A stretch of DNA of 64,000 nucleotides from contig JALHRH010000002.1 in NCBI GenBank assembly GCA_022841565.1, forward strand, positions 8,575 through 72,574, read 5' to 3'. Shown piece by piece: positions 1 to 10,488 of this stretch (positions are counted from its first letter, which is position 1; each line of letters opens with the position of its first letter). The notes under the pieces were generated by a model, which did not search any database, was not told the origin of the DNA, and worked only from the letters and a program-made list of their open reading frames with translations. The DNA comes from Mycobacterium sp. Its GTDB lineage: Bacteria; Actinomycetota; Actinomycetes; Mycobacteriales; Mycobacteriaceae. The position numbers were made by a program, and so were the translations under genes.

Positions 1-1
1 G

Positions 2-55
2 GGTGTCGGCAAGATCGCGGTGACGCCCGTCGAATCGGACGACAACATCATCTAG
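2..55 (+). CDS. 3' end of an unidentified CDS entering from upstream of the window (partial)
   Basis: Frame open from the window edge (...GVGKIAVTPVESDDNII*). G/C at nearly every third codon position. TAG stop at 53-55. Too short to name. Confidence 0.35.
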   Translation, partial: GVGKIAVTPVESDDNII

Positions 56-231
56 CGACGACCGGACCTCCCCTTCTCCCAGAGTCAAGATACGCGCCAG
101 CACCGCTGCCGCTCTGGACTCCTGGTGCTCGAATCCCTCCTGGCCTGGCACGAAGAGCCGGGTGATGACCCGCGACGGGTCGGCCACGAGCCGCTGGGGG
201 CTGCGCGTGACGAGACCAGGCTGCATGGAAG

Positions 232-1254
232 TCATTGCCGCACAGTCGAGAAGTGCCGAGCGTGCTGCATCGTCGAGAGCAGTGCCAACGTTGACTCCGC
301 ACCTTGGTTGCGGTTCACCCCGTCAGCGCGCAGGCCGTCGAATCCACCGCCGGTCTCCGGGTCCCACATGAGCTGTCGCGCGTCGTTGACGCCGGTGAAC
401 CAGGCCGCAGCCGCCATGACCCCGTCGGTCCAGATCGCAGCGGGGTCAATGGCAGCGGCACGCGCGCACGCGTCGGCGAGGCTGGACACCTCGATCGGCT
501 GCTGATCGAACCCAGGCCGACGATCGTCCGGCCCTCTGCCCGCTGCGGGAGTGGGCGAGAGGTGATCCCCTGCTGTTTCGTATTCGACCAGCCAACCTAG
601 CAGATCCAGACCCTGTTGCCGGAGCGTCGAATCGCCGAGCGCAACGCCCGCGGCGATCATCGCGTCGGGGAGAACCGCATTCGCGTAGGTGAGTCGCGGC
701 TCAGGCCATGGCCAGTTAGCGTCCCCCTTGGGATTGGCCACGGTCTTGACGTAGTCGGTGAGGAGTTCGTGTGCGGCCCGGTGCCCAGGATCGACGGAGA
801 GGAGTTCGGCGGCACCCAGCGCCGCGAACGCCATCGCCCGAGGCCACGGCGATCGCACCTTCGCGGAGCGCTCGAACTGAATGACGGCCAACCGACGAAC
901 CAAATCCACGTCATTGTGCGCGGCGGCAGTCCCCAGCCCCCACAGGCAGCGCCCCCAGCAGTCTTCCAGAGAAGGCTCATCCTCCCAACGGCCCTTGCTG
1001 TCCATCCGGTTGCGGCAGGGGCCGGCGTAGGACTGTGCATCGTTCAAGAACCGCACGGCCACGCGCGCAAGACCGTTCACCTCACCGTCGGAGTCAGGCT
1101 CTCGGGAAGCAACGACCAGAACCCGTGCCATGTCGTCGGTGCAGTAGCCGTGCTCGGGCCGGGGTTCGGCGAAGCGGGCATGCTCGAACGTCCCGCGACG
1201 GTCCGTCAAACGGAACAGGTGGTCGAAATTCGGGCCCGGTAAGGGGGCGGTCAT
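232..1254 (-). CDS. conserved hypothetical protein, translationally coupled to the upstream glycosyltransferase
   Basis: Long ORF 232-1323. Preferred start is the ATG at 1254 (MTAPLPGPNFDHLFRL...), which overlaps the TGA of the upstream gene as ATGA (1251-1254). No catalytic motif recognised. Confidence 0.7.
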   Translation of the reverse strand: MTAPLPGPNFDHLFRLTDRRGTFEHARFAEPRPEHGYCTDDMARVLVVASREPDSDGEVNGLARVAVRFLNDAQSYAGPCRNRMDSKGRWEDEPSLEDCWGRCLWGLGTAAAHNDVDLVRRLAVIQFERSAKVRSPWPRAMAFAALGAAELLSVDPGHRAAHELLTDYVKTVANPKGDANWPWPEPRLTYANAVLPDAMIAAGVALGDSTLRQQGLDLLGWLVEYETAGDHLSPTPAAGRGPDDRRPGFDQQPIEVSSLADACARAAAIDPAAIWTDGVMAAAAWFTGVNDARQLMWDPETGGGFDGLRADGVNRNQGAESTLALLSTMQHARHFSTVRQ

Positions 1255-2432
1255 ACCAGCACCGGACGTTTGCCGAGCAGGCGGTGCGCGAGATCCAGAT
1301 AAGCAGACGCCACAATCGGCCACGCCATCCGAGGGGCCAATCGCAAGGCCTCGGCGGCCATCTCCGCGGCTAGCTGGGGCTCGGTCAGGAGCCGGAATAG
1401 AGCTGACACCAGCGCATCCGGATCGTCGTGGCCAACGACCATGCCTGCCCCGCTGGCCAGCAGTTCGACCGCGTGCGGAAAGGCGGTAGCGACGACTGGA
1501 CGACCGCTCGCGATGGCATCGACCAGTACGCCGGAAGTGACCTGGTCGGTGGAGTCGTAGGGCAGCACAACCACGGCGGAGGACTGGATGAGTTCCGTCA
1601 GCGAGGACACATCGCGGTAGCTGGCGTCGAACGACACCGAGTCCGATAGACCACCGAGCCGCGCCTGTTCGGCACGAGCGTCCCGGTAGGCTTCGCCGTC
1701 GGCTGCCAGAACCTTTGGGTGCGTCTGGCCGGCGATCAGGTAGCGCGGCCGGACCGGGAGGTTGCGGAGCGAACCCATCGCCTCGATGACCCGCTCAATG
1801 CCCTTGCCCGGACCGAGCAGGCCCCACGTCAACAACGTCGGCCTGTCCGACCGCACCGGTGGGCCGGAATTTCTCGGCACGGTAGCGCCGTGCGCAATTG
1901 TGGTGACTTTGCGGGAATCGACGTCGAAGACGAGGCACAGGCGTCGCCTCGCCGCCTCCGACATGACAACCACCTGAGCCGCCATCGCCGCGATCGACTC
2001 AAGCACCCACCGCTGATGTGGGGTCGGGTCGTTGAGGACCGTGTGAGCGATCACGATCACCGGGACGTGGAGGGCGCCGACGATGTCCACCACCTCGTCT
2101 CCGTCGAGACCACCGTAGAGGCCGTATTCATGCTGCACGACAGCGACGTCGCTCCTATCCAGCAATTCGGAGGCGGCAGCCACCGAGGTAGCGGAACCGT
2201 TGACCAGCTCGCCGATCACCCGATCGTCCGAAGATCTGAAGCCGTCGGCCACCCGGACGACGGTGACGTCAGATCCATTCGCGCACAATCCATTCGACAA
2301 GGCTGCACTGAACGTCGCTAGACCACACGGTGTCGGAGGATAGGTACTGAGAATGCTGAAACTTGTCGTGCCGGAAGCCCGGTGCGGAACGAGAACATTC
2401 GATCCATGGGTGGATAAACATAAGGCGGTCAA
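1251..2432 (-). CDS. GT4-family (group 1) glycosyltransferase
   Basis: 393-aa ORF. N-terminal FSILSTYPPTPCGLATF Rossmann start and C-terminal ...VVLPYDSTDQVTSGVLVDAIASGRPVVAT... region are typical of GT-B/GT4 enzymes. The only upstream start is TTG at 2432, so the start is uncertain. The first ~50 codons have visibly lower GC3 than the rest. Confidence 0.8.
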   Translation of the reverse strand: MTALCLSTHGSNVLVPHRASGTTSFSILSTYPPTPCGLATFSAALSNGLCANGSDVTVVRVADGFRSSDDRVIGELVNGSATSVAAASELLDRSDVAVVQHEYGLYGGLDGDEVVDIVGALHVPVIVIAHTVLNDPTPHQRWVLESIAAMAAQVVVMSEAARRRLCLVFDVDSRKVTTIAHGATVPRNSGPPVRSDRPTLLTWGLLGPGKGIERVIEAMGSLRNLPVRPRYLIAGQTHPKVLAADGEAYRDARAEQARLGGLSDSVSFDASYRDVSSLTELIQSSAVVVLPYDSTDQVTSGVLVDAIASGRPVVATAFPHAVELLASGAGMVVGHDDPDALVSALFRLLTEPQLAAEMAAEALRLAPRMAWPIVASAYLDLAHRLLGKRPVLV

Positions 2433-2679
2433 AGTGATCCCTGCGGGGAGATATCACCGTCATTTCCGGCGTGAGCGGATGCTCTAGGAGGTCAGCGGCG
2501 GGCGGCTGACTTCGTCCCGGACTGGCTGGCTTCCCAACCCCCACAAACGCTACACCCGATCAGCGGCGCCCGCACATTTGCGCGAGGGCGGCATGCACGA
2601 AAACACTTTCGGGGTTGCCCGGCTGGCAGGTTCTGGCGGTTGCTTCCCGTTCGCAGGGTACGGCAAGTTAGGGTAGGGC

Positions 2680-3522
2680 TCAGATTTCCGGCTCAGCGCT
2701 GCCGCGGGCGCGGGCGCGGCGCACGGCTTCATCGACAATGTGTTGGGCGACATCAGCCAACTTCCGATGCTCGGATTGGCTGATCGCGCGCAGTTGAGTG
2801 AACGCGTCTTCGGCGGTGCGCCCGGTACGCGCGCGAACGATGCCGATCGCTTGATCGATCACTGGACGGGTGCTCAAAGCCGCCTGCAACTGGACAGTGA
2901 GAGCAAGCGCATCCGACAGGATGCGCGCGTTGTACAGGGCTACGGCCGCTGGTTTGGCGAACAACTCCCCGAATTCAGCGGCGCGCTCATCGAAAACGTT
3001 TTTGTCGTGCGCATATACATTGACCGCGCCGACCACGCGATCCGGCAACAGCAGCGGCACCGCTAGCGCACTGTGCACCCCTAACCTGCCGACACGCGGA
3101 CCAAATCGCGGCCACTTCTTCTCCCCACCCAACGAACCGGAGCGCACCGTGCAACGGTCCAGCGCCGCCGTGATGCAGGGCCCCTCATTGAGGGTCACGT
3201 ACTGGATTTCGTCAATCTCGGCGACAAAGGGGGCGCTGGCCGCTACCGCCGCGACCATGTTGTCCACCCGGTCGACATTCAGCAACGTCACCCCGGCACC
3301 GTCTGCCCCCGGTATTGCGCGCACAGCGAACGCAGCCACCTCCGCCAACAACTCCGGCAAGCGGCGATGATCGGCGACAAGACCCGCAAGATTGCCAATG
3401 GCCGCCCGTAAATCGGCGTCATCGGCAATGAGCTGATTTATCCCCAGCGCCGGTCCATCAGGGTCCTTGGCGAAATTCACCATCGGCGGTACCTGCTTCA
3501 TAATCCTGCTGGCGCCCGACAT
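2680..3522 (-). CDS. GAF-ANTAR domain RNA-binding regulator (paralogue 1)
   Basis: C-terminus ...STRPVIDQAIGIVRARTGRTAEDAFTQLRAISQSEHRKLADVAQHIV... is an ANTAR three-helix signature. It is preceded by a GAF-like region (GPCITAAL...SGSLGGEKKWPRFGPRV). The ORF runs to 3690; ATG 3522 chosen (3501 and 3483 also possible). Confidence 0.85.
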   Translation of the reverse strand: MSGASRIMKQVPPMVNFAKDPDGPALGINQLIADDADLRAAIGNLAGLVADHRRLPELLAEVAAFAVRAIPGADGAGVTLLNVDRVDNMVAAVAASAPFVAEIDEIQYVTLNEGPCITAALDRCTVRSGSLGGEKKWPRFGPRVGRLGVHSALAVPLLLPDRVVGAVNVYAHDKNVFDERAAEFGELFAKPAAVALYNARILSDALALTVQLQAALSTRPVIDQAIGIVRARTGRTAEDAFTQLRAISQSEHRKLADVAQHIVDEAVRRARARGSAEPEI

Positions 3523-4138
3523 CTCGGTGACCAAAGTTCTGACCCGGGGCGCACCGCCGCGAGCTAGTTCCCATCCTATGGCCGACCGACCGGCTGGCCC
3601 TAACCGAGCCCAATCCGCGAAATTCGCTGAGGCTTCTGCGTTTCTGCATACGGGGCTGGTCACCTGTGCCCAACCCCGGTGTAGTGTCATAGTTGTTGAG
3701 AATCTCAGCTGGTCGGGACAGTTTCAGCTGCACGCTGCTGAATCCCAGGAGTTTAGCTCCGCACCTGACGCGCCAGTGATCGTCCGTACGAACGGTTCAC
3801 CCTGATCGACGATTTGTTTCCGCCTTCACTTCTATCCGGCCACATCCTTTTCGACGCGCCGCACGGTAGGCGCGACGCGGGTCGAACAGCGCGACTGAAC
3901 ACTCAATGGACGAAGTCGGGCATTGGCCGTCGGGAATTCTTTGGTGCCGCAGGCTTTCCCGCTCTGCACAGCATCTTGGTTAGCTCCGCACACGCTGGAA
4001 TAGGCTGGGCATCTGCGACCCGGAGGGCTCGCTGCAGGTCGTCGACACCGTTGGTGCGGCACTGGCAATCCTGCGCCGTCGGCGTCCGATACAGACTACC
4101 GGGGCTCGCGACCGAACGACGTGTGACATGCGGTACCG

Positions 4139-7120
4139 GTGACATGGGGTAGCGGCGCGCTAACCGCTCCCGTAAACCGGATGATCGCGACCTTTCACAA
4201 TGGCGTCGAGGTACTGCGGTTCGGCGGGTTTCAGACCGGTTCGGTTCCGTCGCCATTTCAGATCGTGGAGCGGTGCGACATGTACCGCCTGCGGCGATAC
4301 TTCCCCGACGCAGCAAGCGACCCGGCACGGCCTCCGGTCATTCTGGTACCGCCAATGATGATGTCAGCCAACGTCTTTGACGTCACCAGGGACCAAGGGG
4401 CGGTCGGGGTGTTGCACGATCTCGGAGCGGACCCGTGGGTGGTCGACTTCGGCTCACCCGACCTCGAGACCGGCGGGCTCGAACGCACGTTGAGCGACCA
4501 TGTCGTGGCGCTCAGCGCGATCGTCGACTCGGTAAAATCCCGCACCGGCCGCAATGTGCACTTGGCCGGCTACTCGCAGGGCGGCATGTTCTGCTATCAA
4601 ACCGCGGCCTACCGCCGTTCCGAGGGCCTGGCCAGCGTCATCACCTTGGGAAGTGCCGTCGATGCACTGAGCGGTCTGCCGTTCGGAATTCCCGCAGCAT
4701 TGGCGGGCCGCGGTGCACAATTGGTTGCCGATCACGTCTTCAACCGTCTGTCCGTATCCGGATGGATGGCGCGCACGGGGTTCCAACTTCTGGATCCTGT
4801 CAAGACGATCCGTGCGAGATGGGACTTTCTCCGGCAACTCCACGACCGAGCGGCGTTACTGCCCAGGGAACAGCAACGCCGATTCCTCGAGGTGGAGGGC
4901 TGGGTGGCATGGTCGGGTCCGGCGGTCGCCGAGCTGCTGCGGCAATTCGTGGTCCATAACCGCATGATGGTCGGCGGGGCCGTGATCGATGGCACATTGA
5001 TCACTCTCGCCGAAATCACCTGTCCGGTAGTAGCTTTCATCGGTGAGATCGACGACATCGGCCAGCCGGAGTCGGTGCGGGGAATCCGGCGGGCCGCACC
5101 TCGTGCCGAGGTGTCCGAGGTGCTGTTGCGGGCAGGTCACTTCGGGCTTGTTGTCGGGACGATCGCCGCCACGCAGACCTGGCCCACCGTCGGCAACTGG
5201 GTGCTTTGGCAAGACGGTCGCGGTCCCAAGCCCGACGGCGTACACGCAATGGCGGCCAACCCAAATGGTGGAATCGATGGCGCAGCCGGACTCTCGTCGC
5301 TTATCAGGCACTCGGCGGGTGCACTGGCCGAATTGAGCATCGGCGTGAGCGTGGGTCTGGCCGACGCCGCGGTGGGTGCGGTGCGCAGCAGCCGGGAAAT
5401 CGCCGGTGCGGCCGTGCGTACGCTGCCCCAGCTCGCCCGCCTCGGCCGGCTCCAACCCCACACGCGGGTGTCGTTGGGCGCCTTGATGACCGAACAGGCG
5501 AACCGAGCACCCGAGGAAGAGTGTTTCCTATTCGAGGATCGAGTTCACACCAACCGGACCGTGAATCGACGCATCGACGACGCGGTGCGCGCCCTCATCG
5601 CCGCCGGTATCCGCCAGGGAGCCCACATCGGGGTGTTGATGGACACCAGCCCCAGCGCGCTGACCGCGATCGCGGCGCTCTCGCGGTTGGGCGCAGTGGC
5701 GGTACTACTCCCCCCAGATGACGACCTGGCTGTCGCCGTCCGACTGTGCGAGGTGGCCGATATCGTCACGGACCCAAATCATCTGGCGACTGCCGCCGCA
5801 ACCGGTGCCAGGGTGCTGGTCCTCGGTCGGCGCCGCACCACGGACCCCGGGCGCGAAGAGTCCAAGCGGGTAGTCGAGCTGGATGGTCTCGATCTGCCCG
5901 GTGCGCGGCTGCCCAAGTGGTTTCGGCCGAACCCAGGAAGGGCAACTGATCTCGCCTTCGTGTTCTTCAGTACCACTGGGGGGCGCGCGATGGTCAAAGA
6001 AGTCACCAATCACCGCTGGGCACTGTCCGCCTACGGCACCGCCACGGCCGCCGCGCTCGGCCGCGGCGACACGATCTATTGCCTGACCCCGCTGCACCAT
6101 CCCTCGGGCCTGATGGTTGGTCTCGGCGGAGCCGTCGCCGGCGGGTCGCGCATTGCCTTGACCCGTGGCGTCGACCCAACGCGCTTCGCCGACGAAGTCC
6201 ACCGTTACGGCGTCACGGTGGTGACCTACACGTGGACCATACTGCTCGAACTGGTAGCGGCGGCGTCGCCCGAGCTCGCCGCACATCACCCGATCCGCCT
6301 GTTCATCGGCTCCGGAATGCCAATCGGGTTGTGGCACAAGGTCACCGACCGATTCTTCCCGGCTCTGGTGCTGGAGTTCTATGCCTCCACCGAGGGGGAC
6401 GCTGTGTTGGCCAATGTCGCGGGTACGAAAATCGGCGCCAAGGGTCGGCTGCTGCCCGGAAGTACCCAGATTCGGCTCGCCGCCTACGACCCAGTCACCA
6501 GCCAGTTCATCCAGGATGACCACGGTTTCGTACGCCCCTGCGCGGACGATGAAATAGGCGTGCTGCTGGCAAAGCCGCGCTCCGGCCTCGATGCCGCTCG
6601 CGTGTCGATGCGCTCGGTATTCGGCCAGGGCGACACCTGGATCAGCACAGACCACCTGTTTCGCCGCGATACCGATGGCGACTACTGGTTCGTAGACAAC
6701 CGGAACACCGTGATCCGATCGGTGCGTGGACCAGTCTTCTGCCAGCCAATTTGCGACGCGCTGGGCAGCATCAGCGCGATCGAACTGGCGGCGGTGTACC
6801 CCGTTGCCGCCGATAAGCATGATGTCCCCGTCGCGGCCGTGACGCTTAGCAGAGGCAGCATCCTCACCGCGGATATGCTGACCAACGCATTGAGCGGCCT
6901 CACTCCGGAACAGCGTCCAGCCATCCTCCACGTCGTCGACCGCATACCGCTGACGCCTTCTTACCGCCCTCTGTCGACTGCTTTGCAGGCGGCCGGACTC
7001 CCATTGCCAGGGGAAAAGACCTGGTACCACGACCCCACTGATGGCCAATACAAACAACCGCCAGCAAGTCCCCAGCTGGCCCACCGCCCCGCGGAGGGCG
7101 ACGACTTCGGACCCTGCTGA
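4139..7120 (+). CDS. bifunctional alpha/beta-hydrolase (PHA-synthase/lipase-like) plus acyl-CoA synthetase fusion, Rv1683-like
   Basis: 993-aa ORF. The N-terminal half has an alpha/beta-hydrolase nucleophile elbow (HLAGYSQGG). The C-terminal half is an adenylate-forming ligase (LAFVFFSTTGG..., YASTEGDAV..., WISTDHLFRRDTDGDYWFVDN). Size and architecture match my memory of M. tuberculosis Rv1683 (999 aa). GTG start at 4139 is uncertain. Confidence 0.85.
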   Translation: MTWGSGALTAPVNRMIATFHNGVEVLRFGGFQTGSVPSPFQIVERCDMYRLRRYFPDAASDPARPPVILVPPMMMSANVFDVTRDQGAVGVLHDLGADPWVVDFGSPDLETGGLERTLSDHVVALSAIVDSVKSRTGRNVHLAGYSQGGMFCYQTAAYRRSEGLASVITLGSAVDALSGLPFGIPAALAGRGAQLVADHVFNRLSVSGWMARTGFQLLDPVKTIRARWDFLRQLHDRAALLPREQQRRFLEVEGWVAWSGPAVAELLRQFVVHNRMMVGGAVIDGTLITLAEITCPVVAFIGEIDDIGQPESVRGIRRAAPRAEVSEVLLRAGHFGLVVGTIAATQTWPTVGNWVLWQDGRGPKPDGVHAMAANPNGGIDGAAGLSSLIRHSAGALAELSIGVSVGLADAAVGAVRSSREIAGAAVRTLPQLARLGRLQPHTRVSLGALMTEQANRAPEEECFLFEDRVHTNRTVNRRIDDAVRALIAAGIRQGAHIGVLMDTSPSALTAIAALSRLGAVAVLLPPDDDLAVAVRLCEVADIVTDPNHLATAAATGARVLVLGRRRTTDPGREESKRVVELDGLDLPGARLPKWFRPNPGRATDLAFVFFSTTGGRAMVKEVTNHRWALSAYGTATAAALGRGDTIYCLTPLHHPSGLMVGLGGAVAGGSRIALTRGVDPTRFADEVHRYGVTVVTYTWTILLELVAAASPELAAHHPIRLFIGSGMPIGLWHKVTDRFFPALVLEFYASTEGDAVLANVAGTKIGAKGRLLPGSTQIRLAAYDPVTSQFIQDDHGFVRPCADDEIGVLLAKPRSGLDAARVSMRSVFGQGDTWISTDHLFRRDTDGDYWFVDNRNTVIRSVRGPVFCQPICDALGSISAIELAAVYPVAADKHDVPVAAVTLSRGSILTADMLTNALSGLTPEQRPAILHVVDRIPLTPSYRPLSTALQAAGLPLPGEKTWYHDPTDGQYKQPPASPQLAHRPAEGDDFGPC

Positions 7121-7979
7121 TTCCGGCAGGTTCACGTCCGCCTGTTCTCGGACTTCGCGACGCCCTTGTCGGGCTGCCCTGTGCGTCCGCTGAGGCGACG
7201 CTCGTATTCGGTTCGCGGGCAGGCCATATCGCGAAAATCGGGATTACTCGTGAACCGCGGCAATCCAGATTCGATCGCGAGGACGCGGATCGCTGATCGT
7301 CAAGGTTATCTGAGGTGGCGGACTCGCCCGAATATGTTGGGAGGGCTACATATCGTGGAATAGATTTCGCTTGTTGAGTTATACCTCCAGAGTGCACCAA
7401 CCCACGACGTGCTGCCGGCGCCGCGAGATTGCAGTAATCGTCCGGGCACGGCTCGACATGCGGTATCGTTCGAACCGGTTGACTCACCAGCCTCCCGGAG
7501 ATGCCCGGCGGCGACTGTAAGAGGTCCCTGCCGTGTCATGTCCGCCCTCCCCCTGCTAGCCGACAATTACCGGTTCGTGCCGTCGCACCGGCCCGACCGG
7601 CAACGACGGGCCCGTGCTTAGAGCATCAAGGTGATCACCGCACCCGCCGGCGACATCAGCGCACTTCGGCATCTTGCCGCACGCGAATGTGCAGCCAGCC
7701 CTCCCGAACCGCTCACACGTCGCCGCAGCAGAAACGACGGCCGATCCGGGGTGCGCCCGGCGGGGACGGGCCCTGCCACGGGCAGCACCGGCCGCAGTCC
7801 ACGACAGGTGCCCCAGGTAGTGCGATGGCCCCATTGCGCTGAAATTAAAGCGATTTCACCATGGCTCACCGCCCCCGTGGCCGCGTCGATTTCGCGATTA
7901 CCGACACATCAGCCGCTGAGCTCGCCGTCGCAGGGCGGAAACGATGGGCGCAGTCGCGCCGGAAGCCAAAGGAACGACC

Positions 7980-9614
7980 ATGAGTAGATTTACCGAAACC
8001 ATGTACGACAACGCGCAATTGGGCTCGAATGGCATCGTCACCGGGGAGCCGAACAATCCTGTCCGGCATACCTGGGGCGAGGTGCACGAGCGGGCGCGCC
8101 GAATCGCCGGTGGCTTGGCCACGGCCGGCGTGGGCCACGGCGACGCTGTCGCGGTGCTGGCCGGCGCTCCGGTCGAGATCGCGCCCACCGCACAGGGCAT
8201 CTGGATGCGCGGCGCCTGCCTGACCATGTTGCACCAGCCCACCCCGCGCACCGACTTGAGACGCTGGGCCGCCGAAACCGCCTCCGCCATCAAGGTGATC
8301 GGTGCCGCGGCGATCGTGCTCTCGGAGCCGTTCATGGCCGCCGCGCCGCTACTGACCGAGCTGGGTGTGCCAGTGCTGGCGATCCCGCAGCTCGTCGACA
8401 GTCGCCCGATTGATCCGGTAAAGACCGGCGACGAAGACCTCGCGCTGCTGCAGCTGACGTCAGGATCCACCGGTTCGCCCAAGGCCGTCCGGATCAGCCA
8501 CCGCAACGTCGTGTCCAACGCCGAGGCAATGTTCGTCGGCGCACGAATGAACCTCGACACCGACGTGATCGTGAGCTGGTTGCCACTGTTCCACGACATG
8601 GGTATGGTCGGTTTCTTAACTGTACCAATGCTTTTCGGTGCCGAGCTGGTCAAGGTCACGCCGCTGGATTTTCTTCGCGACAACCTGCTTTGGGCGCAGC
8701 TCATCGACAAGTACCGGGGCACGATGACGGCGGCGCCGAACTTCGGCTACAAGATGTTGGCCAGACAACTGCGCATGCACGCCACTCCCGGCCAGTTCGA
8801 CCTGTCCAGTATGCGCTGGGCACTGTCGGGCGCCGAACAGGTCGAGCCGGCCGACGTCGAAGACTTCTGTGCGGCAGGCAGGCCATTCGGATTGCGGCCG
8901 GAGGCCATGCTGCCTGCATATGGGATGGCCGAATCGACGGTGGCAGTGTCGTTCACTGAATGCGACACCGGTCTGCTGGTCGACGAAGTTGACGCGGACC
9001 TGTTCGCGGTTCTGAATCGGGCTGTTCCGGCAACCAGGGGCAACACTCGTCGGTTTGCCACCCTGGGGTGTCCGCTCAAGGGCATAGAGGCACGCGTCGT
9101 CGACGATTTCGGCAATTTTCTTCCCAACCGGGCTGTCGGTGTCCTCCAGTTGCGGGGCGAGCCAGTGACGTTGGGCTACTCGACGACCGCCGGTATCGTC
9201 GCGGCACAGGACGACCAAGGCTGGTACGACACCGGCGACTTAGGCTATCTCACCGAAATCGGGCACATCGTCATCTGCGGCCGAGTAAAAGACGTGATCA
9301 TCATGGCCGGACGAAACATCTATCCCACTGATATCGAACGTGCCGCCGCGCGGGTTGCCGGGGTTCGACCTGGGTGTGCGGTAGCGGTGCGCCTGAACAA
9401 GGGCCTCGCCCGAGAGACGTTCGCTGTAGCTGTGGAGTCAAACTCCTGGCAGGATCCGGTTCAGGTACGCCGCATCGAGCAGCAGGTGGCCCACGAAGTC
9501 GTAGCGGAGGTCGACGTCCGGCCGCGCAGCGTGGTTGTGCTCGAGCCCGGAATGATCCCGAAGACGCCCTCGGGCAAACTTCGGCGAGCCAATGCGTTGG
9601 CGCTCATCGACTGA
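7980..9614 (+). CDS. fatty-acid-AMP/CoA ligase (FadD family)
   Basis: Adenylation motifs [23 protein letters not shown] and [14 protein letters not shown] 7980 ([10 protein letters not shown]...) is preceded by AAAGGAA. The ORF opens at 7944. Confidence 0.9.
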   Translation: MSRFTETMYDNAQLGSNGIVTGEPNNPVRHTWGEVHERARRIAGGLATAGVGHGDAVAVLAGAPVEIAPTAQGIWMRGACLTMLHQPTPRTDLRRWAAETASAIKVIGAAAIVLSEPFMAAAPLLTELGVPVLAIPQLVDSRPIDPVKTGDEDLALLQLTSGSTGSPKAVRISHRNVVSNAEAMFVGARMNLDTDVIVSWLPLFHDMGMVGFLTVPMLFGAELVKVTPLDFLRDNLLWAQLIDKYRGTMTAAPNFGYKMLARQLRMHATPGQFDLSSMRWALSGAEQVEPADVEDFCAAGRPFGLRPEAMLPAYGMAESTVAVSFTECDTGLLVDEVDADLFAVLNRAVPATRGNTRRFATLGCPLKGIEARVVDDFGNFLPNRAVGVLQLRGEPVTLGYSTTAGIVAAQDDQGWYDTGDLGYLTEIGHIVICGRVKDVIIMAGRNIYPTDIERAAARVAGVRPGCAVAVRLNKGLARETFAVAVESNSWQDPVQVRRIEQQVAHEVVAEVDVRPRSVVVLEPGMIPKTPSGKLRRANALALID

Positions 9615-9618
9615 GCCT

Positions 9619-10479
9619 ATGGGTCGCCGCGGAGTAAATTCGTCTGGGGACGAATGTGCGCGAGAGGAGGGAGCTTTGGCAGACTTCGATGCCCAGCCCG
9701 GTCGCGATGCACCGCCGCAGCCGGAGCTCTCCCCTGCCCAGCGGGAAGCAGACGAGACCGAATTGTATGCCGGTCTGCGTGGGGTGGCCGGCATTGTCGC
9801 CAGCGCACGCGGAGTGATCGAACTTCTCGGAGATGTGGCGGAGTTCGCCGCCCAGGCGATTCCAGGAACCGACGGCGTCGGCGTCGCGTTGGCCGACCAC
9901 CGGCACGCCATATCCGATATCCAGACCTGGGCGGCCACCGAGATGCTGGTCCACGACATCGACAGCATGCAATACGGCGAGCTGAGCGAGGGGCCGGCCA
10001 TTACCTGCATGCAGTCGCGGCGGCCGGTAGTGAGCGGATCACTGGGTAGCGACAATCGTTGGCCGCACTTCGGTGGCCGAGTAGCGCGGATGCGAGTGCA
10101 CTCCGCGCTCGCGCTGCCCTTGATCATCGGCGACCAGGTGATCGGCTCGATCAATGCGTATGCCAAGCGCCGCGATGCCTTCGGGGAGCACGCCGTGCAG
10201 TTGGGGTCGCAGTTCGCCATACCCGCCGCCGTGTCGGTGTACAACGCCCAACTACTGGCCAGCGCGCACGAACGGACCCTGCGACTGCAGCGGGCGTTGG
10301 ACAGCCGGTCGTTGATCGATCAGGCGATTGGCATCATTCGCAGCCGGTCGGGCGGCAACGCGGATGAGGCGTTCGATCGACTCACCCAACTAAGCCAGAC
10401 CCACAACGTCAAGCTGCACACCGTAGCCGAGCGACTGGTCGAAGAGGCCGCTCGGCGCGCCCGGGCACGACGGACTTGA
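9619..10479 (+). CDS. GAF-ANTAR domain RNA-binding regulator (paralogue 2)
   Basis: Close paralogue of 2680-3522 (GPAITCMQ...SGSLGSDNRWPHFGGRVARMRVHSALALPL; ANTAR tail SRSLIDQAIGIIRSRSGGNADEAFDRLTQLSQTHNVKLHTVAERLV). Begins 4 nt after the fadD stop. Start uncertain (9592 or 9619). Confidence 0.85.
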   Translation: MGRRGVNSSGDECAREEGALADFDAQPGRDAPPQPELSPAQREADETELYAGLRGVAGIVASARGVIELLGDVAEFAAQAIPGTDGVGVALADHRHAISDIQTWAATEMLVHDIDSMQYGELSEGPAITCMQSRRPVVSGSLGSDNRWPHFGGRVARMRVHSALALPLIIGDQVIGSINAYAKRRDAFGEHAVQLGSQFAIPAAVSVYNAQLLASAHERTLRLQRALDSRSLIDQAIGIIRSRSGGNADEAFDRLTQLSQTHNVKLHTVAERLVEEAARRARARRT

Positions 10480-10488
10480 ACCCGTTAT

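Noticed and set aside
2491-2510. Hairpin gtcagc-N8-gctgac downstream of the first ANTAR gene, considered as a terminator
   Set aside because: The stem is short at 6 bp and there is no U-tract on the transcribed strand. The evidence is not strong enough to annotate.
3903-4328. 141-aa minus-strand ORF (or an 80-aa version from ATG 4145) in the ANTAR / Rv1683-like divergent intergenic region
   Set aside because: A hand count of the first ~20 codons gives only about 55% G/C at third positions, far below neighbouring genes. No motif is present. It is probably non-coding promoter DNA.
5705-7135. 476-aa minus-strand ORF opposite the Rv1683-like gene
   Set aside because: Same reasoning: it is antisense to a well-supported ligase domain and gives an Arg/Gly-rich featureless translation.
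7441-7480. GTTCGAAC-containing stretch checked as a possible tRNA T-arm
   Set aside because: It is only an 8-bp palindrome. The flanking bases do not form T-stem or acceptor pairing, so there is no cloverleaf.
7556-7869. Small Cys-rich minus-strand ORFs (92 and 83 aa) in the 7121-7979 gap, considered as possible RiPP precursors or small proteins
   Set aside because: Third-position G+C is low in the codons I checked. The start contexts are poor and no modifying enzymes are nearby.
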